The notes: generated from the letters alone by a model not told the origin. Numbered from the stretch's first letter, positions 53,438-62,277 are shown. The stretch: DNA of 64,000 nucleotides from a virus (IMGVR_UViG_3300048598_000163:14512-78511); one strand, 5' to 3'. Numbers and translations: made by a program.

Positions 53438-53594
53438 TATCCCCGCCTTCTTTACATAAATGCGGAAGAGCGCCTTTTACGCGCCGGCCGCTTGCCGTTA
53501 TTACTTCTGTGTATTCTCTCTCGACCATGATCGGCCGCCCATTCTGTTGTGTCCATCTGATCAGTTTTCCGCAATGAGGGCATTTCGCAAGCAT
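53418..53594 (-). CDS. 58-aa Zn-finger protein A (missing from the ORF track)
   Basis: MLAKCPHCGKLIRWTQQNGRPIMVEREYTEVITASGRRVKGALPHLCKEGGDSGTTGR; GAGGA RBS. Confidence 0.65.
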   Translation of the reverse strand: MLAKCPHCGKLIRWTQQNGRPIMVEREYTEVITASGRRVKGALPHLCKEGGDSGTTGR

Positions 53595-53662
53595 CTTTCC
53601 TCATCCGAGCGCTCGGATAGAATCCCATTTCAACGGTCGCGCTCTCTTCTTATTTGTACGGT

Positions 53663-53691
53663 ATTATACCATGCAAAGCGTTATTCCTCAA
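53663..53691 (-). promoter_or_regulatory. Sigma70-like late promoter with extended -10
   Basis: TTGAGG (53686-53691) - 17 nt - TATAAT (53663-53668), with TG at the extended position (TGGTATAAT). Confidence 0.7.
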
Positions 53692-54032
53692 GGCTTCAGA
53701 AGCCCGGGAGTTATTGGTATCAACGGCTCTTGGTATTCGTATCGCTCTATATGTCCAACTTTTTCGGATATGATATTCAAGAACTGCTGCTTCAAGATAG
53801 CATAAAAATATTCTGGGTCATTGACAGCCCAAAGAGGAATTTCGGGTCTTACCATGGTTTCATTGACGTTCATCAGAATGTAATGGTGTACCGGGAAAAG
53901 ACCCGGAGAGTCAGCCGCTTCAACAAGAAACTTTATTTCAACCTTGACCGGACACCGTTTTATAAAGATCTCGCGCATTTTTTCAAGCTCATAGCAGGGC
54001 TTCACAATCTCATACAATGCCATTTGAACCAC
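53688..54032 (-). CDS. Hypothetical protein
   Basis: 114 aa, in operon context. Confidence 0.55.
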   Translation of the reverse strand: MVQMALYEIVKPCYELEKMREIFIKRCPVKVEIKFLVEAADSPGLFPVHHYILMNVNETMVRPEIPLWAVNDPEYFYAILKQQFLNIISEKVGHIERYEYQEPLIPITPGLLKP

Positions 54033-54405
54033 CTTTCCTGTTTATGATGTAATAAAACCGTTCTTCCGTCAGGAATTCGTCACTAGGGTGCGGATCGAAG
54101 AATCTTTCCCCGTCCTTGTAGATCACCGCGTGAAGAACGCCGCGCGAGGCCATCCCGCACACTATCACATATCCCTTCGAGCTCTTCAACTCTTCCAGGT
54201 TCCCTTGCCCGTCGTATTCGTATCCTTGATGATCGAGAAACTTCAGGAAGGCGTCACACCATTCCTCACCCATCGTGTTCAGCGCGGGCACGGCGTCTAT
54301 GGGCAGGTCAAAGAGCGACGCCAAGCACGCCGCGAGGCAATTCCCATGGATTCCGGCATCCTTGTCGTAAAATACAGTTTGTCGTGCAGGTTTCATGCAG
54401 GGCAC
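54010..54405 (-). CDS. Hypothetical protein with papain-like Cys/His motif
   Basis: HGNCLAACLASL ... VLHAVIY. Confidence 0.55.
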   Translation of the reverse strand: MPCMKPARQTVFYDKDAGIHGNCLAACLASLFDLPIDAVPALNTMGEEWCDAFLKFLDHQGYEYDGQGNLEELKSSKGYVIVCGMASRGVLHAVIYKDGERFFDPHPSDEFLTEERFYYIINRKGGSNGIV

Positions 54406-54411
54406 CTCGCT

Positions 54412-54678
54412 TTAATAGGCGTTTTCATAGGCAGCCTCTTCCATCACTTCGGAATCGGGCTCGTAGTCAGAAAGCTCGCGGCCCTCTGAATCAACCACGC
54501 TCACCTCGGCAAATTCCACTTCACCGCCTTCGGCCGGGCTTCCTGGATCCCCATGGCTGTCATACATGGTTGCCGCGGCGAAAGCGGAGATAGTCCCCGA
54601 GGCCGCGATTTCCAATGTGCCGAGCTCGTCGTCTTCAACGCTTTTTGTAAAGCTGAAGCTCCTCTCCCGGCGATTCAT
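54412..54678 (-). CDS. Acidic hypothetical protein
   Basis: 88 aa, ATGA-coupled. Confidence 0.6.
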   Translation of the reverse strand: MNRRERSFSFTKSVEDDELGTLEIAASGTISAFAAATMYDSHGDPGSPAEGGEVEFAEVSVVDSEGRELSDYEPDSEVMEEAAYENAY

Positions 54679-54941
54679 CGGATTTTCTCCTGCTCGATAA
54701 AGAATACGGCGTTGTCGGGGCGTATTTCGACCTTCACCCCGTGAACCTGCAGAAGATCACCTTCCACGATATTGTGCCCCTCTGCCTGGAGTTCTTCCCG
54801 AAGCAGGTCATGCGCGGACCGGGATAAAACCAGTTTTCCCGGGCGGGTAAGATTGCTGAAAATGCAGACGGTAACATCCTGAATCATACTCATTTTCGGA
54901 ATCCCTCCCTTATGGCTTCCTTTGCTTCGTGCAGTCCGCAC
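54675..54941 (-). CDS. Hypothetical protein (true start probably ~54893)
   Basis: MSMIQDVTVCIF.. follows GGAGGG RBS. Confidence 0.5.
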   Translation of the reverse strand: MRTARSKGSHKGGIPKMSMIQDVTVCIFSNLTRPGKLVLSRSAHDLLREELQAEGHNIVEGDLLQVHGVKVEIRPDNAVFFIEQEKIR

Positions 54942-55102
54942 TCGCGGCCGAGCTTATAGGATTGATCCATGGCCTTGAAAGCAATATGAATCTGATCATC
55001 TGTCCAGCTTGCTGGGAACGTTCCTACCCAGAGTTCATGCCAGAATAGCTTCACGCTGCCATCATTGCCGGATCTGTCGATCGTGCATTTATTCCAGTCC
55101 AC
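54890..55102 (-). CDS. Hypothetical protein
   Basis: 70 aa, GTG start, coupled to the next gene. Confidence 0.5.
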   Translation of the reverse strand: MDWNKCTIDRSGNDGSVKLFWHELWVGTFPASWTDDQIHIAFKAMDQSYKLGRECGLHEAKEAIREGFRK

Positions 55103-55635
55103 CTTATTACCCCCCCCGCCGGTTTCAGCTTCACCAGCTTCCCTTTTATGCCTGATTCTTCAAGCGCTTTGACATTATCAGCTCCATAAGCAATCAAACA
55201 CGAAGGAGCGCCGCTATTCGCCTCGGCCTTACGCCCGTCGACATAGTGAAAGAAAAGCCTTCCTTGAATGAAAAGCACGGCGTGTGCCTTGTTCCATACT
55301 TGACTGAAGAACATTTCGGTCTCGGTTCGCGCAAATATCAACGCTATACCGTTTCCATGTCCCGCGAGGCGGGCAAGCCATTCCTCGGCTTCTCGACCGT
55401 AAGGCGGATTACACCATACACGACCTTCCCAGGGGAGCATGAGGCCGTTGTCCAGAACGGTATAATGCTCACGGGCCATTGGCCACGGCCGGTTAACCGG
55501 AGCACAAGGGTCAAGATCAAACTCCCCGAGCGCACGTATTATCTCCGGTGGAGTAAGCCATTCATCGTTCTTCATGTTAGCAGACTGATGACTTCCCATT
55601 CCTTTTAATGCAATTTTTTCCATTTTCTGCCTCAT
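55051..55635 (-). CDS. Phage Dam-like N6-adenine methyltransferase
   Basis: DEWLTPPEII, FDLDPCA, VWCNPPYG, IFARTET. Confidence 0.9.
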   Translation of the reverse strand: MRQKMEKIALKGMGSHQSANMKNDEWLTPPEIIRALGEFDLDPCAPVNRPWPMAREHYTVLDNGLMLPWEGRVWCNPPYGREAEEWLARLAGHGNGIALIFARTETEMFFSQVWNKAHAVLFIQGRLFFHYVDGRKAEANSGAPSCLIAYGADNVKALEESGIKGKLVKLKPAGGVIRWTGINARSTDPAMMAA

Positions 55636-55993
55636 TCACAAGCTGTTCTTTCATTTGATTTACTTCGTCCGGATTTTTTTGGCGCCATTTCTCCCAACTT
55701 TCATCGGTGAGCTTGAATCTGACCCATTCCAGGGAATCGGGCTTCGGTTTATAAGGAGCCCGGCTTCTTGCACATCGAGGGCATAGCTGAACGTGAAGCC
55801 GTACATGATAATCGCGATGCTTTTCACAGAAATAAAGGCCGCACCCGCGATCGCCGCCGTAAGGTTCGCTACCGCAGACATAGGCAAGCCCACGGTCAAT
55901 CTCTTCATTGCACCCTGGAAAGTCACAGACTGCCGGAACGCCATACCCTATGTCTCTTTTCCAGCGACCATCGTATCCTAAACTCCAACCCAT
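55577..55993 (-). CDS. Cys-rich phage hypothetical protein
   Basis: RDIGYGVPAVCDFPGC..IDRGLAYVCG..CGLYFC. Confidence 0.7.
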   Translation of the reverse strand: MGWSLGYDGRWKRDIGYGVPAVCDFPGCNEEIDRGLAYVCGSEPYGGDRGCGLYFCEKHRDYHVRLHVQLCPRCARSRAPYKPKPDSLEWVRFKLTDESWEKWRQKNPDEVNQMKEQLVNEAENGKNCIKRNGKSSVC

Positions 55994-56037
55994 AGCGTTT
56001 CTCCTTGTGGCGTCTCGCGCCTGCCTATCGATTCTTG

Positions 56038-56223
56038 TTATTTTTTATACTCGGAATCGGCGGCAACTTGCGAAAGGTGCAGATCGCATACGTCTGTCAC
56101 TCCAGTCGCCACGAGCATGTACTCGATAGTGTCTTTGCTACTGAAAATGAATGTTTTCGAGTGCATTTCGTAATCTTCCGGGCCAATTTGTACAGCCGTG
56201 CGTATTGTTGCCGCTATCTGCAT
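56038..56223 (-). CDS. Hypothetical protein
   Basis: 61 aa, GAGGG RBS. Confidence 0.5.
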   Translation of the reverse strand: MQIAATIRTAVQIGPEDYEMHSKTFIFSSKDTIEYMLVATGVTDVCDLHLSQVAADSEYKK

Positions 56224-56236
56224 TTAGTTATCCCTC

Positions 56237-56830
56237 TCAACTTTCTTCTACACGGTTCAGCTTAATATACGGCGCAAGCCTTGCTGCGTCCCGATTCATA
56301 TCACCATCTTTATGCTTCACCATGACCCCGCAATCGAGCAGCGGCCGCCCGGCGGGCTTGAATGTCCACCGGGGGAGAAAATAGTATTTCTGGTACGAAA
56401 GGAGTTCGGCGCGATCGGACCCCTGGTAACAGAATACGTTATTGATGATGAAGAACAGCACGCCGTCCTTCGTAAGAAGATTCTCGAGATGATGATAAAT
56501 CGGTAAAGCCTGATCGAGCGACCACGGAGGATTGCATACGATGACATCGAATTTCTCCCCGGCCGGAATATCAAGGACATCAGAGCCGATCTTCTTCTCG
56601 GCTTCGAACAGCACCGGTTTGTACCCGAGGTTTTTGAGCTCCTGGGTAAAGGCCAGCCCGAGCACTCCATTGCCGCTGCACGCGTCAAGAATTGCCGGCC
56701 AGGCGTCCTTCTGTCTGCTGTAATGGGGTAAGAGATACTGCGCAAGCTCTCGGGCGTTATCCGGATGAAACGCGACATCCTGCGCACCGTCTCTTCCGGG
56801 ATTTGTTTTTCCGCCAGTTCTACCGTTCAT
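56237..56830 (-). CDS. Adenine/N4-type DNA methyltransferase
   Basis: ILDACSGNGVLG (motif I) and FDVIVCNPPW (motif IV). Confidence 0.85.
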   Translation of the reverse strand: MNGRTGGKTNPGRDGAQDVAFHPDNARELAQYLLPHYSRQKDAWPAILDACSGNGVLGLAFTQELKNLGYKPVLFEAEKKIGSDVLDIPAGEKFDVIVCNPPWSLDQALPIYHHLENLLTKDGVLFFIINNVFCYQGSDRAELLSYQKYYFLPRWTFKPAGRPLLDCGVMVKHKDGDMNRDAARLAPYIKLNRVEES

Positions 56831-57336
56831 ACCAGTTTACCTACGACCGATTCCATGATCGCCTGAAACTCGTCTATCGGCATTACCACTACGGGCCCGC
56901 CTTCAACCACAGGAGACTTGACGAAAAGCAACCATTTCCCGTCAATGGCGTTCTCGCGTGCCTGGCGGATCCACTCGGGAAGGCAGACGGTGTTCGCGTT
57001 CTTGCACTCGACCCCGTACCCAAACTTCTCCCTAGCCGCCCCGCGAAGCACAACGTCGGAGCCCGACAGGCCCATTTCCCGGGAATGAACTTCACAGGCA
57101 TCGTCGGTATTGTCGAATTTAACCCCTACGATACCAGTGATGAGTTCGCATATTTCTTTCTGGAATCCAGCACCTTTGTTTTTCGCCGATCGCGGCTTAA
57201 TTCGGTTAAGGGACCGCTCAAGTTTTTTAACCAGGGCGACCCGCTCCTTTTTTTCAACAAAGGTCTCGTCTCCGAGGACAAGCAGTTGCTTCAGGATTAT
57301 TTTTTTCTCTTTACTGTTTAGATTTAGAACCGGCAT
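56827..57336 (-). CDS. PD-(D/E)xK nuclease, Holliday-junction-resolvase-like
   Basis: SAKNKGAGFQKE, GSDVVL, VECKN. Confidence 0.75.
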   Translation of the reverse strand: MPVLNLNSKEKKIILKQLLVLGDETFVEKKERVALVKKLERSLNRIKPRSAKNKGAGFQKEICELITGIVGVKFDNTDDACEVHSREMGLSGSDVVLRGAAREKFGYGVECKNANTVCLPEWIRQARENAIDGKWLLFVKSPVVEGGPVVVMPIDEFQAIMESVVGKLV

Positions 57337-57589
57337 TGAATTCGACCTCCATGAAATACGCTAACGTCTTGACCATGTTATTGAGCAGTAAAATAGCGCC
57401 CTTTTCGGCCACATCTTTCGCTCCCTGACGGGTTTTCATTGCCCTTGGCATCAACATTTTGTTGAATACGACTTTCCATTCGTCGGCGCCCACGCAGAAC
57501 ACATAAGCGACCGGGCAATGAACATCATCGCGCAGGAATGATATGGCATTCTTATCATCCCACTTGAAGGAATACAGACCATTCTTCAT
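57311..57589 (-). CDS. Hypothetical protein
   Basis: MKNGLYSFKW..; ATGA overlap with 57586-57792 (the track ORF is over-extended). Confidence 0.5.
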   Translation of the reverse strand: MKNGLYSFKWDDKNAISFLRDDVHCPVAYVFCVGADEWKVVFNKMLMPRAMKTRQGAKDVAEKGAILLLNNMVKTLAYFMEVEFNAGSKSKQ

Positions 57590-57792
57590 TTTCGCTTGGA
57601 CCCGCGAAGGAGCGTCCATGCGAGCGGCACCCGCTTGAGAAACGGCATTTTCTTCATAATGGTCATGCAGGCGGTCATGATCTTCGCCTGGTTCGCCTCG
57701 ACATACCCGTCGATGATCTCGTCGCGCTTTTCCATGGTTTCTTTCCGCGCTACGCGCCGTGCCGTCTTGTCGTTCTTGCTGCTCATGGTCAT
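57586..57792 (-). CDS. Small basic hypothetical protein
   Basis: MTMSSKNDK.., ATGA-coupled to the MazG-like gene. Confidence 0.55.
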   Translation of the reverse strand: MTMSSKNDKTARRVARKETMEKRDEIIDGYVEANQAKIMTACMTIMKKMPFLKRVPLAWTLLRGSKRK

Positions 57793-58250
57793 TCCCCCCA
57801 ATCTTCACGAGTTTTGTTGTAGTCTATTTTGTCGCGCATGGCCGTAATGAGGTCATACCCTTCTTTTTCTGCTATCTCGAATGCGCGGTAGATCACCGCT
57901 TCGGTGCCGCCTGCGGCGACGTGTGCAATCCAGTCCATCGGAGACACGCCACACCGGACGGTATTCGGATCTTTGGTTACAGAGGTTCTTCCGCGAATAA
58001 CAAGAAGCGTGCAGCTCGCAAGGACGACATCGGCAAGCTCGAATTTGACTGATTCGAGCACAGCGATCTTCTTCCAATCGGAACCGGACATTCCTTCGTA
58101 CCGTCGCTTTTCCTGATAAAACTCGACGATTTCCTCGATCACTTTGACCTTCTGGTCCCGCTTTGTCCAACCGGACGGAAGGCGCAGTTTCATAGTATTC
58201 CAGTTTTCCGGAATAATCTCGCTATTCAGAACTTCAACAAACGACATCAT
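57789..58250 (-). CDS. MazG-like NTP pyrophosphohydrolase
   Basis: VIEEIVEF, FELADVV, AMRDKIDYNKTR. Confidence 0.7.
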   Translation of the reverse strand: MMSFVEVLNSEIIPENWNTMKLRLPSGWTKRDQKVKVIEEIVEFYQEKRRYEGMSGSDWKKIAVLESVKFELADVVLASCTLLVIRGRTSVTKDPNTVRCGVSPMDWIAHVAAGGTEAVIYRAFEIAEKEGYDLITAMRDKIDYNKTREDWGE

Positions 58251-58698
58251 TTAACGGCTCCGTGTATTTATCCGTTCTTATTACTCGATTTCCTATGAGC
58301 CGGAAAAGTTTTACTCCGTGCTCGTAAGCAATCCCAACTTCATCATTAACGCCTCGACTGGTTTTCGTATAGGGATTCACGATAACGACTATGTGCGTTG
58401 CCCAACCGCCAAGCACAGCCCGGCAGATTTCCATGTAGCTTTCCCATCCGTCGAGCTTCGGTAAGTGCGTTGGGTTGAATACCTGGCACCCAGGGAAAAC
58501 CTTCCGGACGGCTTCTTCGGCTGCGGCAAAGTATTCCTGCGCCTCGGCTTCGTGCCCGGTTATCGCGCCGGACAGATAAACGCAGGGTATCTTTTCAACA
58601 TGCTTCGGCTGGTCTAAGTACCAAATTAGCAGGGCGCCGAAGGCCCCAGCAAGTACACCGCTGAAAAATATCCAGAAAGCAACGTCTACAGTCATCAT
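58234..58698 (-). CDS. Membrane-anchored DUF4406 / nucleoside deoxyribosyltransferase-like protein
   Basis: N-terminal TM, then VYLSGAITG, VFNP, WESYMEIC, SRGVNDE. Confidence 0.75.
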   Translation of the reverse strand: MMTVDVAFWIFFSGVLAGAFGALLIWYLDQPKHVEKIPCVYLSGAITGHEAEAQEYFAAAEEAVRKVFPGCQVFNPTHLPKLDGWESYMEICRAVLGGWATHIVVIVNPYTKTSRGVNDEVGIAYEHGVKLFRLIGNRVIRTDKYTEPLNDVVC

Positions 58699-58704
58699 CC
58701 CCTC

Positions 58705-58842
58705 CTACGTTTTACTTACCCTGGTTGTTACATACCCGTATCCCAACAAAGGCGGCCGTTTCGGTGGCTTTACCTCTTGTTCCGTTTCAGCTTCCTCTTC
58801 CTGCTGCTGCTTTCCCGTTTCGCTGTCTGACTGCTGATCCAT
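58705..58842 (-). CDS. 45-aa acidic peptide
   Basis: MDQQSDSETG..; AAGGAG upstream. Confidence 0.4.
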   Translation of the reverse strand: MDQQSDSETGKQQQEEEAETEQEVKPPKRPPLLGYGYVTTRVSKT

Positions 58843-58862
58843 TCTTGCTGATTCTCCTTTTC

Positions 58863-59423
58863 TCACTTTATATAGAGTATTTCGTCCTCGCCGCGGCGAT
58901 TGAAGTAAGCGAGGCAGTCTTTCGTATTCACAACGCGCTGAATTACCGACCGACCATCTTCCTCCGCAATCTTTTCGCAAACGTCGCGATCCAGTGACCA
59001 TGAAATTCCGCTATCGCTTCCGGTTTTTATTGCCCGAAACACCGTTATTTCACCCGGTAGGGCATGAAGGAAGGCTTCTTCCTCCGGGGACATAAGAAAC
59101 TGTCTGAACGGCCTCTTCGATTCAAACAGTTGCCGAAAAATGGGATATGTTCTTACGGAACCGCATCCGATCCAGACCGCCTTGAGCAGCTCCCAGTACC
59201 GCTGGTCGGAAAGACGGTAACGATTGCGAAGGAACGCCTGCACTTCCTTATTGGGATCCTTCAGGACATCGGCGCAATAGATGATTTCTTTTGCTATCTC
59301 GGAGTCCTTCCAGAGTTGTTTTCGCGAAAGGCCTATCGGCTTTCTTCTTGTCATGGGAATTCCAGTATTGATTCCGCCGCCATTCACCATATTTGACAAT
59401 TCCAGCAATTTCTCCGATTCCAT
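58863..59423 (-). CDS. Hypothetical protein with ART-like R-S-E motif spacing
   Basis: TVFRA .. GISWSLD .. RGEDEIL; AAGGAG RBS. Confidence 0.5.
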   Translation of the reverse strand: MESEKLLELSNMVNGGGINTGIPMTRRKPIGLSRKQLWKDSEIAKEIIYCADVLKDPNKEVQAFLRNRYRLSDQRYWELLKAVWIGCGSVRTYPIFRQLFESKRPFRQFLMSPEEEAFLHALPGEITVFRAIKTGSDSGISWSLDRDVCEKIAEEDGRSVIQRVVNTKDCLAYFNRRGEDEILYIK

Positions 59424-59435
59424 AAAAGCTCCTTC

Positions 59436-59756
59436 TTAATTTCCTGAAGTTAAAGGGTACGAATAGCAAGGCTTGTCTAGGGCTTCGCTTATATCGTTTT
59501 CGTCAAGGATCACCCGCGTGCCGTCTTTTGCCCACGGGTGGCCCCACACCATGACCATTTCAATCACCCCGATCCATTTACCATCAGGGCGCTTCTCGAT
59601 GAGCCTGCAACGTTCATCATAGGCATACATCCCGCCGCCCGCCTCAAGATCGATGAAGATGCTGCCGGTGAAATCGCAGTAATCACCGGGTTTCCAGATA
59701 GGGTTAGGTTCAGCCGCGACGGCCGGTTCGCTGAATAGATCAAGCTGGTCTATCAT
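59436..59756 (-). CDS. Hypothetical protein beginning with a QLDLF motif
   Basis: MIDQLDLFSEP; ATGA overlap with 59753-60457. Confidence 0.55.
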   Translation of the reverse strand: MIDQLDLFSEPAVAAEPNPIWKPGDYCDFTGSIFIDLEAGGGMYAYDERCRLIEKRPDGKWIGVIEMVMVWGHPWAKDGTRVILDENDISEALDKPCYSYPLTSGN

Positions 59757-60457
59757 GGATAGATCCTCTTGAATTCGACGACCCATACCCAGGGATTCGC
59801 GTCCCATGATCCGGAACCATTTAGAGATTCCCAAAGAATACGAAACCGCTTCTTTTGAGTGTCACAGTAAGTGCAATCGACTTCGGTCATTCCAAGATTC
59901 GCACCAAGCGCTGGATGCACCCCGTATCCCTGGCATTCAGGACACGCAAAGAGATTTTCTTCACCCGCTCGGTCAGCATATTCATCGTTAGAGATTACTC
60001 CTTCTGCATAAGCATTTCCTTCGGTGATGTCATTCAGGTGTTCGACGCGGATATTCGTGATTTCAAGGTCAATTCTTGAAAGACCTCGCGGGCAGTGGAT
60101 CGAAGGTAATGTATTGTGCTTCCAAAACCATGTGTCTCCGGGAGTTTGTTCATTATCTGCACCATATGCGCTAAAAGGGGTCGGTCCTATTCGGTAGATA
60201 TTCTCCCGAACATAGAGCCGATCACCTATCTCTCCGTAAGGACATCGGACTTTTACCCCATTCGACGTATCGTATTTGAAGTTTGTTTTCGGAGACCAGA
60301 CGGCCTTTCCGGCGTAACCTTTCGGTCCCTCCGTGATATATCCATCGAAGCGGAATTCAGGCAGAACACCCTTAACAACCCGCCGGGTCATGGTTTTTTG
60401 TCCGCTCAACAGGGCCAGCACCATCGGTGCAGAAAACAGGATCCCTCTTTCTTTCAT
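59753..60457 (-). CDS. ASCH/PUA-like phage protein with Zn-ribbon insert
   Basis: ILFSAPMVLALLSGQKTMTRRVVK, GDRLYVRE, WDANPWVWVVEF; CPEC..CTYC insert. Confidence 0.8.
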   Translation of the reverse strand: MKERGILFSAPMVLALLSGQKTMTRRVVKGVLPEFRFDGYITEGPKGYAGKAVWSPKTNFKYDTSNGVKVRCPYGEIGDRLYVRENIYRIGPTPFSAYGADNEQTPGDTWFWKHNTLPSIHCPRGLSRIDLEITNIRVEHLNDITEGNAYAEGVISNDEYADRAGEENLFACPECQGYGVHPALGANLGMTEVDCTYCDTQKKRFRILWESLNGSGSWDANPWVWVVEFKRIYP

Positions 60458-61011
60458 TTCGTAGCCTCGGTTTCAGTTTTCAGAAATGTTTTACTGTCTG
60501 GATCTGCCCCAATAAACCGGCACTGTACCGCTGATGAAGTCGATCCCATTTTTCGGGTATTACAATTTATGAAAGTCTGGACCTTGTGCCAGTTGACAGT
60601 ATGTTTCCACCAATAAGCAAGGCTGGACCTTGGATGCATTGTCATAATCTCGCGCTCGATATTACGCATGATGTTTAGCTGCAGTTCTGCTCGACTCATT
60701 TCATGAAGCGGCTCTTCTTTTTCATCCTCAATCGCCATTTGTTTTAATGCGATAAATGCAGTATTCATTTTTAGAAATCCTGCTTCACATTCATAGTTAC
60801 ACCATTCAAGCTGATCTACGATTTGCTGAAGTGTTTCGTATTTCGGTATATACGGTTTTTCATTCTTGCTTTTCATTGATTCTTTGATTGCATTCATAAG
60901 CGCCGGTTTTCTTTCAGCTTCTATGATGGAATCGGAAAGTGTTTTTCTTGCCATGTGCGTAGCAATTATCTGCTTAATATATTTCTTTGCATTTTCAATT
61001 ACATTTTTCAT
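60454..61011 (-). CDS. Hypothetical protein
   Basis: 185 aa, coupled to neighbours. Confidence 0.55.
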   Translation of the reverse strand: MKNVIENAKKYIKQIIATHMARKTLSDSIIEAERKPALMNAIKESMKSKNEKPYIPKYETLQQIVDQLEWCNYECEAGFLKMNTAFIALKQMAIEDEKEEPLHEMSRAELQLNIMRNIEREIMTMHPRSSLAYWWKHTVNWHKVQTFINCNTRKMGSTSSAVQCRFIGADPDSKTFLKTETEATK

Positions 61012-61793
61012 TTGTCTTCTCCCGCTGATTTTGACAGCATGTGCGTGATGTAGTACCGCTTTTCGTCGAGTACAAGCTCGTGATAATACAGACTTATTTC
61101 TGAAACGAGAACGGATTCAGTTTCATTGCTCTTGATGTTGAAAACGTCAACTGTTTCACTCCAAAGGAAGTGCCGGTACATACAATGATCGCCGTCTGAA
61201 AGCGTCATTTCTGCAATCATCGGGTATTTGTCCTCGAGAATCTTTTCAAAACGACCGACGGCCGAATCATGCACCTGCTTTCTTGACATAAGCCGATCGA
61301 GTTTTTCTTTAAGTTCCTCGATGGTTTCGCTTATGTTTTTACTTCCAATTTGCGCGTCTTTAAGCTCACGCTGTATAGCAACAACCCGTGAAGCGAAATG
61401 CGTATTGTCGTACATCAGCTTTCCGTCGTGTGTTGTATTTGGCCATCCCAACTTGTCCGTGTAGGCTTCGATTATTTCGTGGTCATGATTCCCATAGAAA
61501 ACCGGTATCGGGTTTTCGATTTCATCGTTCCCGTTAATAATTTCTTGAATTTCGCCAGAATCAACGAGCTCCTGAAGCTTGTCCCATATAAAAAGCAGAT
61601 GCCCGTCGTCCCTTCCCATCAAACATTTCCGTCCATCACGGAAAGTATCCAATGCGTAGGAAATAGCCATGGTTCCTTTGTTCAATTTAATCAGGTCATG
61701 GCACAAAGAGCTTCCGACACCGATGCAGTCATCAAAGTCCGCAACGGTGTATTTCGTATCATTAAGCAGGTGTTTTAATAATCGTGCTTTCAT
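61008..61793 (-). CDS. Hypothetical protein
   Basis: 261 aa with a coiled-coil segment, ATGA-coupled. Confidence 0.65.
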   Translation of the reverse strand: MKARLLKHLLNDTKYTVADFDDCIGVGSSLCHDLIKLNKGTMAISYALDTFRDGRKCLMGRDDGHLLFIWDKLQELVDSGEIQEIINGNDEIENPIPVFYGNHDHEIIEAYTDKLGWPNTTHDGKLMYDNTHFASRVVAIQRELKDAQIGSKNISETIEELKEKLDRLMSRKQVHDSAVGRFEKILEDKYPMIAEMTLSDGDHCMYRHFLWSETVDVFNIKSNETESVLVSEISLYYHELVLDEKRYYITHMLSKSAGEDK

Positions 61794-62107
61794 TTTATTG
61801 TTACTTCTTTTTTTGTCACAACGGTGACGTTTCCATCAGCGCTCTTGAAAATTGTTCCTTTAGGTATAACGGCTCCTTTTTCGCCGGTCACCCGAAGCTC
61901 TATATAGTTATGGGGCCAGAACACTGCCATGTTGAGCAGGCACATTATAACAATGAGCAACATTGACACAAAATCCCGTACACTTCCCAGAGACAACCAT
62001 GCCAGGGAATAGTACAGAGCTACAAGGGCTAATATTATATAAGTGATAGTAGTTACCCATTTCTTAATCCCTCGCATTTTCATTCCTCCTCGTATTCGAT
62101 ATCGCAT
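61790..62107 (-). CDS. Two-TM membrane protein
   Basis: Two hydrophobic segments, then VTGEKGAVIPKGTIF. Confidence 0.55.
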   Translation of the reverse strand: MRYRIRGGMKMRGIKKWVTTITYIILALVALYYSLAWLSLGSVRDFVSMLLIVIMCLLNMAVFWPHNYIELRVTGEKGAVIPKGTIFKSADGNVTVVTKKEVTIK

Positions 62108-62277
62108 GGTACGTCATGTATTCGACGAACTACTTTTTCTCCCTTGAAAAAGGCAATGTCCGTTTCTGAATGATCCGGGTATTCCTGGGATTGATCTACA
62201 ACCTTGTCGTAGGGCTTCAGATCGATGAAACACGGATTCAGCCCAGCGTGAAGGTACTTGATACGGCGCTCTTTCAT
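62080..62277 (-). CDS. Hypothetical protein
   Basis: 65 aa, AAGGA RBS. Confidence 0.5.
   Translation of the reverse strand: MKERRIKYLHAGLNPCFIDLKPYDKVVDQSQEYPDHSETDIAFFKGEKVVRRIHDVPCDIEYEEE

Noticed and set aside
53460-54047. Plus-strand 195-aa ORF
   Set aside because: Overlaps the late promoter, Zn-finger A and a coupled minus-strand gene; no motifs.
55110-55117. C8 tract at the end of the Dam-like gene as a phase-variation site
   Set aside because: It lies after the catalytic domain; slippage would change only a short tail and could be a sequencing artefact.
57311-57808. Single 165-aa ORF
   Set aside because: Better explained as two ATGA-coupled genes (57586-57792 and 57311-57589).
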